A DNA stretch of 45,909 nt, taken from NCBI GenBank assembly GCA_963626175.1, contig CAVFWY010000001.1, forward strand, positions 1 to 45,909, given 5' to 3'. The position numbers and the translations under genes are program-made. Source of the DNA: Gemmiger sp. (GTDB lineage Bacteria; Verrucomicrobiota; Kiritimatiellia; RFP12; UBA1067). Below are positions 35,593 to 45,909 of this stretch, one piece after another. Under the pieces are notes generated by a model. That model ran no database searches, was not told where the DNA came from, and saw only the letters and a list, made by a program, of their open reading frames with translations. Every line of letters starts with the position of its first letter. Position 1 is the first letter of the stretch.

Positions 35593-36585
35593 TCATTTCG
35601 TCAGTCCGAGTCGCGTGTAGGCGAGTGCCGTCGCGACGCGTCCCTTCGGCGTTCGTTCAAGATACCCTTCCATGATAAGGAAGGGTTCATACGCCTCCTC
35701 AATCGTATCCGGCTCTTCACCGACCGATACGGCGATTGTCGAAAGTCCGACTGGCCCGCCGCCGAACTTGACGCAAATCGTCTCCAGAACCTTGCGATCC
35801 ATCTCGTCCAGTCCGTGAGGGTCGATTTCAAGCAGGCTCAGCGACTCACGCGCCACGTCGCCCGTGATGAAGTTCCCCGCCTTCACCTGCGCATAGTCGC
35901 GCACGCGGCGCAGCAGATTGTTGGCGATTCGCGGCGTTCCGCGCGCCCGGCGGGCGATTTCCGCCGCACCGCCCCCGTCGATGTCCACGCCCAGTTTCGC
36001 CGCGCTCCGCGTCACGATCTCGGCGAGTTCCTCCGGCATGTAGTAGTTGAGGCGGTTCACGAGACCGAACCGCGCCCGCAGCGGCGCGGCAATCAGCCCG
36101 ATGCGCGTCGTCGCCCCCACAAGCGTGAAGCGCGGCAGTTCGAGGCGGACGCTCCGTGCGTTCGGGCCCTGGTCAATCATGATGTCGATGGCGTAGTCCT
36201 CCATCGCACTGTAGAGGTATTCCTCGACCGTCTTCGCCATGCGGTGAATTTCGTCGATGAAGACGATGTCGCCCGGCTCAAGCGACGTGAGAAGTCCCGC
36301 AAGGTCGCCCGGCTTGGTGATGACGGGCCCCGACGTCGTCTTCACATGAACGCCCATCGCCTCGCCGAGAATGTAGGAGAGGGTTGTCTTGCCGAGACCC
36401 GGCGGACCCGAGAACAGCACGTGATCGAGCGATTCGCCGCGATCCTTCGCCGCCTGCACCGCAAGCATCAGGCGGTCGCGAATCTTCGCCTGACCGACGA
36501 ACCCGTCGAAGTCAACGGGGCGCAACCGGTTGTCGAACGCATTGTTCGCCCGGTTCAGTTCCTCGCTCGCCCGCCGTTCGGCCAT
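35593..36585 (-). CDS. ruvB: Holliday junction branch migration helicase
   Basis: LRP..F..F.GQ, Walker [11 protein letters not shown], Walker B FIDEIHR and TTR.G motifs. ATG 36585 overlaps the cupin stop (ATGA). The listed longer ORF was trimmed. Confidence 0.93.
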   Translation of the reverse strand: MAERRASEELNRANNAFDNRLRPVDFDGFVGQAKIRDRLMLAVQAAKDRGESLDHVLFSGPPGLGKTTLSYILGEAMGVHVKTTSGPVITKPGDLAGLLTSLEPGDIVFIDEIHRMAKTVEEYLYSAMEDYAIDIMIDQGPNARSVRLELPRFTLVGATTRIGLIAAPLRARFGLVNRLNYYMPEELAEIVTRSAAKLGVDIDGGGAAEIARRARGTPRIANNLLRRVRDYAQVKAGNFITGDVARESLSLLEIDPHGLDEMDRKVLETICVKFGGGPVGLSTIAVSVGEEPDTIEEAYEPFLIMEGYLERTPKGRVATALAYTRLGLTK

Positions 36586-36914
36586 CACGAATTGACGATG
36601 AGGGCGATGAAGACGAGGTCTTCCCTGCCCGCCTCGTTGCTGATGCCGTGACCCGAGCCGTCGGGCGTCCACGTCACGTCGCCCGGCTTCACCGTGCGCA
36701 CCGCGCCGTTGTCCTCATACGCGCCCGAACCCGAAAGGATGAAATAGCTTTCGCCGTTGCCGTGATGCTCGTGATGTCCGAGTGAGGCTCCCGGAGGAAG
36801 CGTGACGCGGGCGTAGAGTCCGTTCTTGTCCTTCAGGATGTCCTCGCCGAGAATCTTCTCGATTTTCATCTTGCCCTTGCCGCCGCAGGGGTTTTCCCAG
36901 TATTCAGCCTTCAT
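36585..36914 (-). CDS. Cupin-domain protein
   Basis: G.H.H...E.Y.ILSG...G....V.PGD......G..H cupin motifs. Confidence 0.8.
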   Translation of the reverse strand: MKAEYWENPCGGKGKMKIEKILGEDILKDKNGLYARVTLPPGASLGHHEHHGNGESYFILSGSGAYEDNGAVRTVKPGDVTWTPDGSGHGISNEAGREDLVFIALIVNS

Positions 36915-36915
36915 T

Positions 36916-37842
36916 TCAACCCTCCGTAATCAGTCCCGTGCGTTCATCCGCACCGATGACGATGTTCATGTTCTGTATCGCCGCGCCCGACGCACCCTTG
37001 CCGAGGTTGTCGAAACGCGCCACGAGAAGAAGCCGCTCGTCGTTCCCATAGACGGAAACTTCCATGTCATCACGCCCCGAAAGCGCCGCCGAAGAGAGGA
37101 TGCCCCCTTCCGACGGATCTGCCGCGAAGCGGACGAGCCCCGTCCGGTAGGCCTCCGCATACACGCGCTTCACGTCCTCTACCGTGCCCTTCAAGTCCTT
37201 TGCAAAGAGCGGAATCGTGGTTTCCATTCCGCTGTAGCTCGGCACGACGATCGGCGAGAAGACGGGCGCGACGGAAAGCCCGCAGACCTTGACCATTTCA
37301 GGGAGATGCTTGTGGGACTGACCGAGGGCATACTGCCGCCCGCCTTGGTGAAGCGGCGTCGCGGCGGTTTCATAGTCGGCAATCATCTTCTTGCCGCCGC
37401 CCGAATAACCCGTGAGCGAGAAGGCCGAAAGCGCGGCATCCGCCGCGATCAACCCCGCGCGCACGAGCGGCTCGACAAGCGCGACGAACCCGCTCGCATG
37501 GCAACCGGGATTCGCAATCCGCGTGGACGCGGCAATCCGCTCGCGCCGTCCCGCAAGTTCGGGGAAGCCATATTCCCAGCCGTCCGTCGTGCGGTACGCC
37601 GTCGATGTGTCGATGACGACCGTCTTCGGGTTCTCGACCATCTGAACGGACTCGACCGCCGCCGCATCGGGAAGGCAGAGGAAGGCGACGTCCGCCGCGT
37701 TCAGCGCGTCGCGCCGGGCGGACGCATCCTTGCGCAATTCCTCAGGGAGGATCAAGAGTTCGAGGTCGCGCCGCACCGCCAGACGTTCGCGGATGCGCAA
37801 CCCCGTCGTCCCGGCCGAACCATCGATGAAAACCTTCGTCAT
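36916..37842 (-). CDS. argC: N-acetyl-gamma-glutamyl-phosphate reductase (short type)
   Basis: IDGSAGTTG N-terminal NAD motif, NPGCHASG active-site block, 308 aa. Confidence 0.9.
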   Translation of the reverse strand: MTKVFIDGSAGTTGLRIRERLAVRRDLELLILPEELRKDASARRDALNAADVAFLCLPDAAAVESVQMVENPKTVVIDTSTAYRTTDGWEYGFPELAGRRERIAASTRIANPGCHASGFVALVEPLVRAGLIAADAALSAFSLTGYSGGGKKMIADYETAATPLHQGGRQYALGQSHKHLPEMVKVCGLSVAPVFSPIVVPSYSGMETTIPLFAKDLKGTVEDVKRVYAEAYRTGLVRFAADPSEGGILSSAALSGRDDMEVSVYGNDERLLLVARFDNLGKGASGAAIQNMNIVIGADERTGLITEG

Positions 37843-37851
37843 GTATCCCCT

Positions 37852-38898
37852 TCACTTCGCCTGACCGAGACGCTCGCCCGCGTACCGCTTCTCGTGAATC
37901 GGCTGCCACCACCATGCGTTATCGAGATACCATCGAACCGTCTTGCGGATGCCGCTCTCGAAGTTCTCAAGCGGCTTCCAGCCGAGTTCCGTCATCAGCT
38001 TGGTCGGGTCAATCGCATAGCGCAGGTCATGTCCCGGACGATCCGCGACAAACGTGATGAGATCCGCATGCTTCCCGTTCGGGCGCGGGCGCAACTCGTC
38101 AAGAACCGAGCAGACGGTCTGGACGACCTCAAGGTTCGTCCGCTCGTTGTGTCCGCCGACGTTATATGTCTCGCCGCTCCGCCCCTTCTCATTCACGAGA
38201 CACAGCGCGCGCACGTGGTCTTCCACATACAGCCAGTCCCTGACGTTCGCCCCCTTGCCGTAGACGGGCAGCGGTTTGCCGTCAAGGCAGTTGAGGATGA
38301 CGAGCGGAATCAGCTTCTCGGGAAAATGGTAAGGTCCGTAGTTGTTCGAGCAGTTCGTGATCAGCGTCGGCAGTCCGTAGGTATCGTGCCACGCACGGAC
38401 GAGATGATCGCTCGACGCCTTCGACGCGGAATACGGGGAATGCGGCGCATAGGGCGTCCTCTCGGTGAAATATCCCTCCGCACCCAGCGAACCGTAGACC
38501 TCGTCCGTCGAGATGTGCTGAAAGACGAAATTCGGGTGCTTCCGCCACCAGGCGAGCGCGGACTGCAACAGCGTCGCCGTGCCGACGACATTCGTGCGGA
38601 CGAACTCGCCCGGCCCGTCAATCGAGCGATCGACATGCGATTCCGCCGCGAGATGGAAGATGGTGTCGGGACGGAAGGTCTCGAACGCGCGATCCATCGT
38701 CGCCTGGTCGCAGATGTCCGCCTTAAGAAACTCGTAACGCCCCTCTACCTCCTTCAGCGACTCGGGAACGCCCGCATACGTCAGCTTGTCGACGACGAGA
38801 ACCGCCGCACCTTCGTCCCGCACGAGATGCCGGACGAGGGCAGACCCGATGAATCCGCATCCTCCCGTGACAATGCAACGCCTATTCCTCATCGGCAA
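37852..38898 (-). CDS. rfbB: dTDP-glucose 4,6-dehydratase
   Basis: [10 protein letters not shown] and [15 protein letters not shown] (YxxxK) motifs and typical length. The start is ATG 38898 or 38892. Confidence 0.92.
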   Translation of the reverse strand: MPMRNRRCIVTGGCGFIGSALVRHLVRDEGAAVLVVDKLTYAGVPESLKEVEGRYEFLKADICDQATMDRAFETFRPDTIFHLAAESHVDRSIDGPGEFVRTNVVGTATLLQSALAWWRKHPNFVFQHISTDEVYGSLGAEGYFTERTPYAPHSPYSASKASSDHLVRAWHDTYGLPTLITNCSNNYGPYHFPEKLIPLVILNCLDGKPLPVYGKGANVRDWLYVEDHVRALCLVNEKGRSGETYNVGGHNERTNLEVVQTVCSVLDELRPRPNGKHADLITFVADRPGHDLRYAIDPTKLMTELGWKPLENFESGIRKTVRWYLDNAWWWQPIHEKRYAGERLGQAK

Positions 38899-41296
38899 AT
38901 TCCTCCCGCTGCCTCATCGAGACGTGCGGCTTGTCTTCTTTTCCACCCTTCGGGCTGTCGCCTTTCGAATCGGCATCCTTCTTTTCCGAACGATGCTCGC
39001 CATAGCCATACCCGCCGCCGTAGCCGTAGTAGCCGCCGTAGCCGTAGCGGCGGTGCGAAGACGGACTGAACGAGGCCGCGCTCGAGAGATCAACATCGTT
39101 CACAATCACGCCGAGGATGTTCGCGCCCGCCTCGGTCAGGCACCGCGAGCAATACTGAATCGGCTTGAAGTGCGTCCGATCGGGGCAGCACATGATAATC
39201 GCGGAATCGACGAGCATCGCGAGGGAAACGACGTCGCCCACCAGTCCGAACGGCGGCGAATCGACGATAATCCGCTCGTAGTTCGCCCGCGCCCAGTCGA
39301 AGAAGTCGGTGACGACCTTCGAGCCGAAAATCGTCGATGGCGACACGCCGTCCGGCGGCAGGGACGAAATCATGTCCAGCCCGTTGACGGACGTGTGGTT
39401 CACGAGCGCGGCGAAATCGGGTTTCACCCCGCCGTTCGTCGCCTGGAGGGCGTGCGAGAAACTGTGTTCGCGGTCAAGCGAGACGTTCCACACCGTCGCC
39501 ACACGCGGACGGCGCAGGTCGAAGTCGACGATGAGCGTCTTCTTGCCCGTCTGCGCATAGGTGATTGCAATCGAGTTCGAAGTGACGGTCTTGCCCTCGC
39601 CCGGCTGGGTCGAGATGATGAGCATGCAGTGCGAAAGCGACTCGTAGCGCGGCGAATCGAGCAGATTGCGAAGCCCCGCCACCGATTCGGAGAACTGCGA
39701 ATACTTGTCGTCCACCGTGAAGCGGGCGACCTGCTCGCGTTTCTTGCGGCGGACGTGCGGCAGAACGGCCAGCACCTTGAGCGAGAGACGCCCCTCGATG
39801 TCGGCGAGGTTGACAACCGTATCCTCGAGATTGTCCATCACCAGCACGAAGAGAAGCCCGAACGCAAGCGAGAGAACGACGCCCGCACCGAAGATGATAT
39901 ACGGATTCGGCAGAACCGGCTTCTGCGGAATCACCGCCGGGGGACCGACACGGACGATTTCGTTCTTCGTCTCGGCATCGAGGCGCAACTTGTTCTCGTT
40001 GAGAATCAGGTCTTTCAGCACTTCGTTCGCAACCTCGAACTCGGCTTCCAACTGCGCAAGTCCCGATTCCGCGAGAACGATGCGCTGCTCGACGGACGCG
40101 AGTTCGGCGCGGAGGTCGTCCTGCTTCGCGCGAAGGCCGGCGAGCTGGCTGCGGGCGACCTTCAGCATCGAACGCCCCGTCAGGAGGGCGCGCGAGGCCG
40201 CGTCGAGAAACCGCTGCCGCGCAATGTCGAGAATCTTCTTGCGGGCAATCACCTCGGGATGATTCTCGGTGTAGGCGATGAGAAGCGTCTGATAGTCGCT
40301 CGAGGCATCCTGAAACGCACGGTATTCCGTCGCGATTTCCTGCGCACGGGGAACGCCCGTCGAGAGGTTGCCGTAGGTCTCGGGATTCTTCTGCACCGCG
40401 TCAAGCATCTTCTCCCACTCGACCAACTGCGATTCCTCCGTCTCGAGGACAAGGATGTCGCCCGTCGTCTTGGAAAGTCCCTGCTGGATCGTGTCGCGGG
40501 TGGACCGGAGATTGTCCACCTTGTTCGCCGTGCGGAAATCGAGCAGCTGCTTCGCAATCTTGTCCACTTCGCGACGGCGCTTCTCGACGTTCTGGTGCGT
40601 GTCGGCGACGGCCTTGTCGCAGCGAACCTTGTTTTCGTCGTCCGTGAAGGTCTCGATCGCCTCCGCATAGGCGTTCGCCAGATTCGCCGCGAGGCGCGGA
40701 TCGCCCGAACGGATGGCAATCGTGATGATGCGCGAATTGCGCTTGAGGTCGAGCTTCGACTCGGCCAGCGTATTCAGGATTTCCTCTTCCGAAGTCGTCG
40801 AGGACGGATGGTTCACGCGATACTGCTGGACGATTTTCGTGACGATCTTGTCGCTCCGCCAGTCCGAGACGCGCGTATTGAAGATTTCCGTGTAGTTGTT
40901 GCCGTAGTCGGGCGTAATCTCGGCGAGCGCACCGCCCCCGCCCGTCGACCGGCGCATGTCAATCGTGAACTCGCTTATCGCCTCGTAAAGCGTCGGCGAA
41001 ATGCGATAGACCGCCACCGACACGACGAGCCCGACCAGCAGAAAGACGAAGATCGAGAGCCACCGCTGGGAGACGACGCGGAGGACTCGTGCGAAGGTAA
41101 TCGTGCCGACGACCGACCCGTCCTCGTTCTGTCCGCCGTCGGAAGACGACCCGTAAACGCCGCCATACCGCATCCCCCCGTAGTAGGCGGGCGACTTGCC
41201 GTAATAGGTCGGCCCCTTGCCGTAGTAGACCGGTCCCTTGCTGGCGCCATACGCCATGGGTTGGGAACTCCCGTAGTAAATCGGCTTATCGGCCAT
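38882..41296 (-). CDS. Polysaccharide co-polymerase / tyrosine autokinase (Wzc/GumC/EpsB-like)
   Basis: Wzz-type TM-coiled-coil-TM region. P-loop [20 protein letters not shown] and VDSPP motifs. C-terminal Tyr cluster [16 protein letters not shown]. Confidence 0.88.
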   Translation of the reverse strand: MADKPIYYGSSQPMAYGASKGPVYYGKGPTYYGKSPAYYGGMRYGGVYGSSSDGGQNEDGSVVGTITFARVLRVVSQRWLSIFVFLLVGLVVSVAVYRISPTLYEAISEFTIDMRRSTGGGGALAEITPDYGNNYTEIFNTRVSDWRSDKIVTKIVQQYRVNHPSSTTSEEEILNTLAESKLDLKRNSRIITIAIRSGDPRLAANLANAYAEAIETFTDDENKVRCDKAVADTHQNVEKRRREVDKIAKQLLDFRTANKVDNLRSTRDTIQQGLSKTTGDILVLETEESQLVEWEKMLDAVQKNPETYGNLSTGVPRAQEIATEYRAFQDASSDYQTLLIAYTENHPEVIARKKILDIARQRFLDAASRALLTGRSMLKVARSQLAGLRAKQDDLRAELASVEQRIVLAESGLAQLEAEFEVANEVLKDLILNENKLRLDAETKNEIVRVGPPAVIPQKPVLPNPYIIFGAGVVLSLAFGLLFVLVMDNLEDTVVNLADIEGRLSLKVLAVLPHVRRKKREQVARFTVDDKYSQFSESVAGLRNLLDSPRYESLSHCMLIISTQPGEGKTVTSNSIAITYAQTGKKTLIVDFDLRRPRVATVWNVSLDREHSFSHALQATNGGVKPDFAALVNHTSVNGLDMISSLPPDGVSPSTIFGSKVVTDFFDWARANYERIIVDSPPFGLVGDVVSLAMLVDSAIIMCCPDRTHFKPIQYCSRCLTEAGANILGVIVNDVDLSSAASFSPSSHRRYGYGGYYGYGGGYGYGEHRSEKKDADSKGDSPKGGKEDKPHVSMRQREEFADEE

Positions 41297-41323
41297 TGCC
41301 GCCCTCCGTCATCTCTTTCTCCA

Positions 41324-42718
41324 TCACTTGCTCTCTCCTCTCGCTTTTTTCCGTTCGGGAATATCGCTCGCCGAAAGCGACAGAAAGCCGCAGACGACGA
41401 GCAACACGTCGGCTCGCATCAGCGAGCAATCGACCAAAGTCAAAGCCACAAGAACGAGAAACGCGATCGGACCGAGCGTCTGAAGCGGCCGCCAGGCGAA
41501 GCCACCGAACGAGCGGACGATACGGTGGAAATACGTCCACAGCAACATCCCGAAGGCTATCGCGAACGAAAGCGCACCGACGACGCCGCGCTCGACCAGG
41601 AGTTGCCACCAGCCGTTGGGCACGGCGACCTGCCCCGGACGAATCACCGCCCAGTCCGCCGGAGTCGCAAAGAACCGAATGTCGAGCGGGAACGCCCCCA
41701 GCCCCGAACCCGTCCACGGCATCTCCTTCCACGCCTTGAACGCAATGCCGGAAAGCGTGGCGCGAAGAGACTCGAAGTCCTTCGGGAAAACCGTCAGGTT
41801 CAGCACGTCGCTCGCCTTCCCCGCCACCGAGAACTCCTTCGGCGCGAACACGGTGACAAGCCCCGCCACGACAATGGTCAGCGAAATCGCGAGCGCACAC
41901 CTCAGGGAACCCGTGCCGATCAGGATCTTGCGCGTCAGGAGGAAGGAAGTCACCATCAGGACGAGGAATGCCGCGCAAAAGACCAGAATCGTCACGACGG
42001 GCGAAAAGACGAGCAGGGCGACCGCATCCGCCGCGAGGGAGAGAACAACGAGCAACTCGACCTTCATCCAGCGCAGTTCGACGCACCCGAAGAGCGCGAC
42101 AACGCCGCCCAGAAGGCAAAGGCCGTATGCCGTTCCCAGGTTCTCGGGCCGCGCATAGTCATAGACCGACAGAGCCTTCACCACTTCGTTGCCGAACGAA
42201 ATCGGAAGAACCGACGCAAACGCCGAGATGCCCGAAACGACCGTCAGCACGACCATGAACGCCATCCGCGCCTGCCGCCCCAACGCATGGCGCAACCCCG
42301 CCAGCAACACGAAAAGCGCAACGGTCGCCGCGAAAGACAGCCGACCGAACCCCGCGACGCTCCCCGGCATCATCGGGAAACAGCACGACGCCATCATCCA
42401 CGTTTCGTTCTCGGCGTCGTAGGCGATATCCACGCCCGAATTCAGCCACCGGAATCCCGTCAGAACGACAAGGAAAAGCGCGAACCAGAAGAGAGGATCG
42501 CGCAGACACGACGAGACGACGCGCAGACGCGCCTCGTGCGTCGTTTCGTCCAACCGCCGCGACGGATTCATCAGCACCCAAAGGACAGCCGGGGCGGAAA
42601 GCCAAAGCAGGATGTTTGCAATGGCGTCGGGCGAGAAAAACGGGAATAGGAAAAGCGGCGCGACCGTCAGAAAAGCCAGATGCGCCGCAGTTCCGTATTT
42701 GGCAATCAGCTTCTGCAC
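41324..42718 (-). CDS. O-antigen ligase / Wzy-like polymerase family membrane protein
   Basis: About 11-12 hydrophobic helices. The periplasmic loop has a WTGSGLGAF motif typical of the O-antigen ligase family. Confidence 0.75.
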   Translation of the reverse strand: MQKLIAKYGTAAHLAFLTVAPLFLFPFFSPDAIANILLWLSAPAVLWVLMNPSRRLDETTHEARLRVVSSCLRDPLFWFALFLVVLTGFRWLNSGVDIAYDAENETWMMASCCFPMMPGSVAGFGRLSFAATVALFVLLAGLRHALGRQARMAFMVVLTVVSGISAFASVLPISFGNEVVKALSVYDYARPENLGTAYGLCLLGGVVALFGCVELRWMKVELLVVLSLAADAVALLVFSPVVTILVFCAAFLVLMVTSFLLTRKILIGTGSLRCALAISLTIVVAGLVTVFAPKEFSVAGKASDVLNLTVFPKDFESLRATLSGIAFKAWKEMPWTGSGLGAFPLDIRFFATPADWAVIRPGQVAVPNGWWQLLVERGVVGALSFAIAFGMLLWTYFHRIVRSFGGFAWRPLQTLGPIAFLVLVALTLVDCSLMRADVLLVVCGFLSLSASDIPERKKARGESK

Positions 42719-42719
42719 G

Positions 42720-43985
42720 TCAGTATGTCAGGCTCACACCAATCGTCGCGCGCCAACGGTCGTAGTCATACTCGTTGAGCGAAGTCGTCTCGCCGCGGTT
42801 CACGAACATCGTCTGGTATTCAAGCCGACCGAAAACCGTGAAGTAGCGGTTGAGAATGTAGTTCAGGCCGAGACGCGCCGTCAGGATGTCCTCGTCGTAG
42901 TCATCGCGGTCAGAGATGGAGTAGGAATGCGCCTCGTGGCGATAGTTGACGTCAAGCGTTGCGTTCAACTTGCCGCGCACCATCGAATGGGCGAGACCCC
43001 AGCTCACGGCATCCGCGAGAACCGAAGCGGAGTATTCGCGTTCGGAAGGCTGATAGTAGCGGTTCGCAAGAGCCATCATGTTCCACGTGTCGGACATCTT
43101 CCAGTTCGCCGAAAACGAATAGGTGAAGGCGTTTTCGCTGCTCAAGCCCTCGCCATACTCGAACGCGCTCCAGCCGACGAGTGCGCGGTAACTGATGCGC
43201 TCGGTCGCATAGGAGGAAACGCCGCTCTGAACCGTCCAGCCCTTTGACGTGAATCCCGGCCGCTCGCCGGTCGAAAGACCGGTCGCCGTCCTGTCGAGGT
43301 TCTTGTCGTTCTGCTGGGTGTAGCCCTGATAGTTCGCGGAGAGGATGATGTCCGTCCACTTGGATGCCGTGTAGCCGCCCTCAAGACCGACCGTCCAGCG
43401 CGTCCAGCCGTAGAGCGCCGCGTATTTCTCCCGGTCGTTCTTGTAGTCGAGGTAGTAGTAGCTCGCGTTGAAGTTGGCGTGCCAGTTCTCGGTAAACCGA
43501 CGGTCAAGGACGCCTGCGGCCGTGAATTCCTTGCGGTCACGCCCGATGCCGCGCCCGCCGGAGGCCGTCATGTCGTCATCCTGCGAAATCTGCTGGAAGT
43601 TCTCGGAAAGGAGGAGCGACCAGCCGGGCCCGCCCTTTTCCACGTTCGACCAGTTGAACTGAAGGCTTTCGCCGTAGCTGTGGTCGTTGAGCCGCCGGGA
43701 ATGCCGCGCATAAGAGTGATACTGGTAGAACGCGCTGCCCTTCAAACTCCAGTTGTCGCCGAAATACGTCAGCGAGAGACCGGGCGAAACGACCCACGAC
43801 GAACCGCCCTCCGCCTCCTTCGACGAATCGACGTTCGAGTCATAGGTATAGGAAAGCGACACATACGGCTTGAGGGTCATTCGCTGACCGATCTTAAAGC
43901 CCGACGGACGATCCATCATCTCGGCACCTGCAACGCCGGATAGAACCGCCACGGCAAACGACAGAAGAATCTTGTTCATTTTCAT
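42720..43985 (-). CDS. Outer-membrane beta-barrel protein (hypothetical, polysaccharide cluster associated)
   Basis: Signal peptide. Alternating beta-strand pattern rich in Y, S and N. C-terminus ends ...ATIGVSLTY (aromatic terminal residue). Start is uncertain (ATG 43985 or 43979; the listed 43994 is TTG). Confidence 0.6.
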   Translation of the reverse strand: MKMNKILLSFAVAVLSGVAGAEMMDRPSGFKIGQRMTLKPYVSLSYTYDSNVDSSKEAEGGSSWVVSPGLSLTYFGDNWSLKGSAFYQYHSYARHSRRLNDHSYGESLQFNWSNVEKGGPGWSLLLSENFQQISQDDDMTASGGRGIGRDRKEFTAAGVLDRRFTENWHANFNASYYYLDYKNDREKYAALYGWTRWTVGLEGGYTASKWTDIILSANYQGYTQQNDKNLDRTATGLSTGERPGFTSKGWTVQSGVSSYATERISYRALVGWSAFEYGEGLSSENAFTYSFSANWKMSDTWNMMALANRYYQPSEREYSASVLADAVSWGLAHSMVRGKLNATLDVNYRHEAHSYSISDRDDYDEDILTARLGLNYILNRYFTVFGRLEYQTMFVNRGETTSLNEYDYDRWRATIGVSLTY

Positions 43986-44006
43986 TCGCTCCAAGTTCCG
44001 AATGGT

Positions 44007-44966
44007 TTAGGGTTCCTGCCACTGATAGCCGTGCGATTCGTCGCGCCCGTTGCTCGGATTCCACGGCAGCGTCCTGTCGAGCGTACGCGGAATTCGGCTC
44101 AAGTGAACGTCGCGCCCGATGTGGACGGAGTCGTTGATCTGAAGCGCGGCTTCCGAGAACGGGAAGACGGGGTTGCCCTCCTTGTCCGAAAGACACGCCG
44201 CGAGGTCGAAGAGCATTGCGTTAAGAACCTGAGGACCCGCAATCGTAAAGACAACCTCCTCCTTCGGCTCGATGCCGACATCGGCGTAGCCGAGCATCGG
44301 CTCGTAGGTCTTCGGACCGTCAATGCCGAGCGCGGCGGGAATCCACTCGTTGCGGGCCTTGGCGACCGGCGAGCCGGCGGGAAGCCCCGCGAGCAGCTTC
44401 TCGGTGAGGTCGGCGGGCGTTCCGTTCGACGCGCGCACGAACATCAGGATGGCGAACACGTTGCGCACCGCCGCATTGTCGGCGCTCGCCGTGCGCTCCT
44501 GAATCTTCGCCATCGTCCCTTCCGCAATCCGCGTGAACTGCTCGTCCGTGTAGGTGCGCTTCTCGTTCGAGCGGTTGAAGACATCCTTGGCGAAACGCTC
44601 GTTGATGACCGTCAGGGCCTCGGGAGTCGCCGTCGCGAACACCTCGCCGAGCAGGGCGGGCAGATTGCCCTTCGCGCACCCGCGCAACGCGGCACGGTTC
44701 GCATTCAGCGCGGCGGCGACGCGACCCTCCGCGCTGTCGGGCGACTTCTCGATCGCCACGTTCACGTCTCCGAGAAAAGCCGTTTGGTCTTCCGCGGCAA
44801 GCCCCTTCATGATTTTCGTCAGAGTGGCGGGACTCTTGATCGCCGCGCCAATCTGCGCACGCGCCTCGGCCAGCGGAATCGTCTTCCCGGCCTCCTGCGC
44901 AAAAACCGCCGAAGAGACCATCGCCCCCGCGACGGTCAGCATGCCAACGATTGCCAGTCTATTCAT
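44007..44966 (-). CDS. Secreted hypothetical protein
   Basis: AGGGAGAG SD precedes ATG 44966. Signal peptide MNRLAIVGMLTVAGAMVSSAVFAQ. No domain recognised. Confidence 0.65.
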   Translation of the reverse strand: MNRLAIVGMLTVAGAMVSSAVFAQEAGKTIPLAEARAQIGAAIKSPATLTKIMKGLAAEDQTAFLGDVNVAIEKSPDSAEGRVAAALNANRAALRGCAKGNLPALLGEVFATATPEALTVINERFAKDVFNRSNEKRTYTDEQFTRIAEGTMAKIQERTASADNAAVRNVFAILMFVRASNGTPADLTEKLLAGLPAGSPVAKARNEWIPAALGIDGPKTYEPMLGYADVGIEPKEEVVFTIAGPQVLNAMLFDLAACLSDKEGNPVFPFSEAALQINDSVHIGRDVHLSRIPRTLDRTLPWNPSNGRDESHGYQWQEP

Positions 44967-44985
44967 TTTTTGTTCTCTCCCTTTG

Positions 44986-45669
44986 TTAGTACCAAGTTTC
45001 GGGAACGTTGACGACATCCCCGGCCCTCAGCGTGATATCCTTTTCGGATCGGCCACCTTCGCCGATCTCCTTCAAATTGATCTTTATCCGCGACAGATGC
45101 CCATCCTTGTCGCGGCGCGAAACGACGACGCTCGTCTTGTCAGCGAACGGCTTCAGCCCGCCCGCGACCTGCAGAACCTTCGTCACCGTCAAATCCATCG
45201 TCGGCGGCATGTTCACAGGCCCCGGATTCAGGACTTCGCCCATCACCGTCACCGTCCCGTAGGGGCTTACCCCCGTGCGGACATCGTACTGACCGAACAT
45301 CACCGCGATCTGAGGCTGGCGTATGTATTCGGAATACGCCCGAACGAGCTTCTTCGTCAGACCGTCGAGCGTCAACCCGTCGCACGGCACGGACGACTGA
45401 AGGAGATACGGCAAGGTGATGCTCCCGTTCTGGTCGACCAGAACCGGCATTTCCTTCGCTTCCGCCGTCGCAGAACCGACTTGAATGATCAGCGCCATAC
45501 CCGGCCCGATTCGCGGCCCATCCCAGTATTTCGCCGCCACGTCCACCATTTCATCACTCCCCGAATTCGGGTGCAGGATATGGCAGCCGCAGACAAAAAG
45601 CCCCGCGAACAAGCCCATTACGAGCCGCCCGGCGGAACTCCGAACCAAATCTGTATAATTCTCTACCAT
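44986..45669 (-). CDS. Polysaccharide export protein (Wza-like, Poly_export plus SLBB domains)
   Basis: PGD...V.V, Y.I.PGD-like and V.V.GEV..PG blocks. Possible lipobox region LFAGLFVCGC. The start at MVENY (45669) is chosen because the listed TTG 45711 lies inside the -35 element. Confidence 0.8.
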   Translation of the reverse strand: MVENYTDLVRSSAGRLVMGLFAGLFVCGCHILHPNSGSDEMVDVAAKYWDGPRIGPGMALIIQVGSATAEAKEMPVLVDQNGSITLPYLLQSSVPCDGLTLDGLTKKLVRAYSEYIRQPQIAVMFGQYDVRTGVSPYGTVTVMGEVLNPGPVNMPPTMDLTVTKVLQVAGGLKPFADKTSVVVSRRDKDGHLSRIKINLKEIGEGGRSEKDITLRAGDVVNVPETWY

Positions 45670-45681
45670 CTTTTGTCGCGT

Positions 45682-45711
45682 ATTGTACCATACTGTCGCC
45701 TCAACTGTCAA
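45682..45711 (-). promoter_or_regulatory. Sigma-70-type promoter: TTGACA-N18-TACAAT with an extended TG, 12 nt upstream of the wza-like ATG
   Basis: The reverse complement reads ctgacTTGACAgttgaggcgacagtaTGGTACAATacgcgacaaaagATGGTA. Confidence 0.55.
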
Positions 45712-45909
45712 GTCAGCGCGGTGAACGCCGCTGCGGCGATTCGGTCGGGTGTCGCCCGACCCGTCGCTGCGCGACCTCGCACCGCCTTTCGCGCGTAGAC
45801 AAGGAACTTCGTTCAGTCAGCCCTGCCTCGGCAGGGTCTGTGGTTGCGGACATCGCCTCTCCTACGGCGGCGAGCCGCTGCGCTCCTCTCGTGCAACCCC
45901 CGCCCTCAC

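Noticed and set aside
38786-42649. 1287-aa ORF on the + strand, the longest ORF in the window
   Set aside because: It runs antisense to the well-supported rfbB, Wzc-like and O-antigen-ligase-like genes. Its translation is Arg/Pro/Asp low complexity with no motifs. This is a typical stop-codon-poor antisense frame in high-GC DNA.
45712-45909. GC-rich region with palindromes (CGCCGCtGCGGCG, GGTCGGGtgtcgCCCGACC, CCCTGCCtcGGCAGGG) considered as a tRNA, tmRNA, RNase P RNA or terminator
   Set aside because: It has no tRNA T-arm or acceptor pattern and no tmRNA or RNase P conserved blocks that I can recognise. No U-tracts follow the hairpins. One frame is open to the window edge but is Arg-rich. 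It could be REP-like or the end of an upstream gene. It is left unannotated; a covariance-model scan on the extended contig would settle it.

Overview
High-GC Gram-negative chromosomal window (LptA-like, beta-barrel OMP and Wza/Wzc genes present); taxon not determinable from sequence. It has two parts. (1) nt 1-7130 is a low-GC accessory block, all on the + strand. It holds the 3' end of an Rhs/YD-repeat polymorphic toxin with an HExxH tail, a candidate immunity gene, a second short orphan Rhs module with a glycine-zipper tail, and about 11 tightly packed small membrane or secreted ORFs. These ORFs include a near-identical duplicated gene pair and three membrane-anchored proteins with a T2SS-GspG-like domain. 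I read this as a polymorphic-toxin plus orphan-immunity island, and it is the most system-like part of the window. (2) nt 7.5-45.7 kb is core genome: metK and hemW on +, then about 36 kb of uninterrupted minus-strand genes. These are an rlmD-like methyltransferase, rsfS, GH16, an ABC ATPase, pgi, an M18 aminopeptidase, pyrD, tsaD, an MFS porter, rfbC, galM, an SBP-permease fusion, DJ-1, an RRM protein, rpoD, purN, a GHKL ATPase, xseB, ruvB, argC, rfbB and a Wzc/O-antigen-ligase/OMP/Wza polysaccharide export cluster. Structures not explained by genes: two 198-bp arrays of nine exact 22-bp AT-rich TGGTCT repeats, in inverted orientation, bracketing a 16.3-kb housekeeping segment; and a recurring extended -10 (TGnTAYAAT) placed 6-7 nt from ATG codons, which implies leaderless mRNAs. 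No rRNA, tRNA, CRISPR array, transposase or integrase was recognised. Many long Arg/Pro-rich ORFs antisense to real genes are high-GC artefacts.
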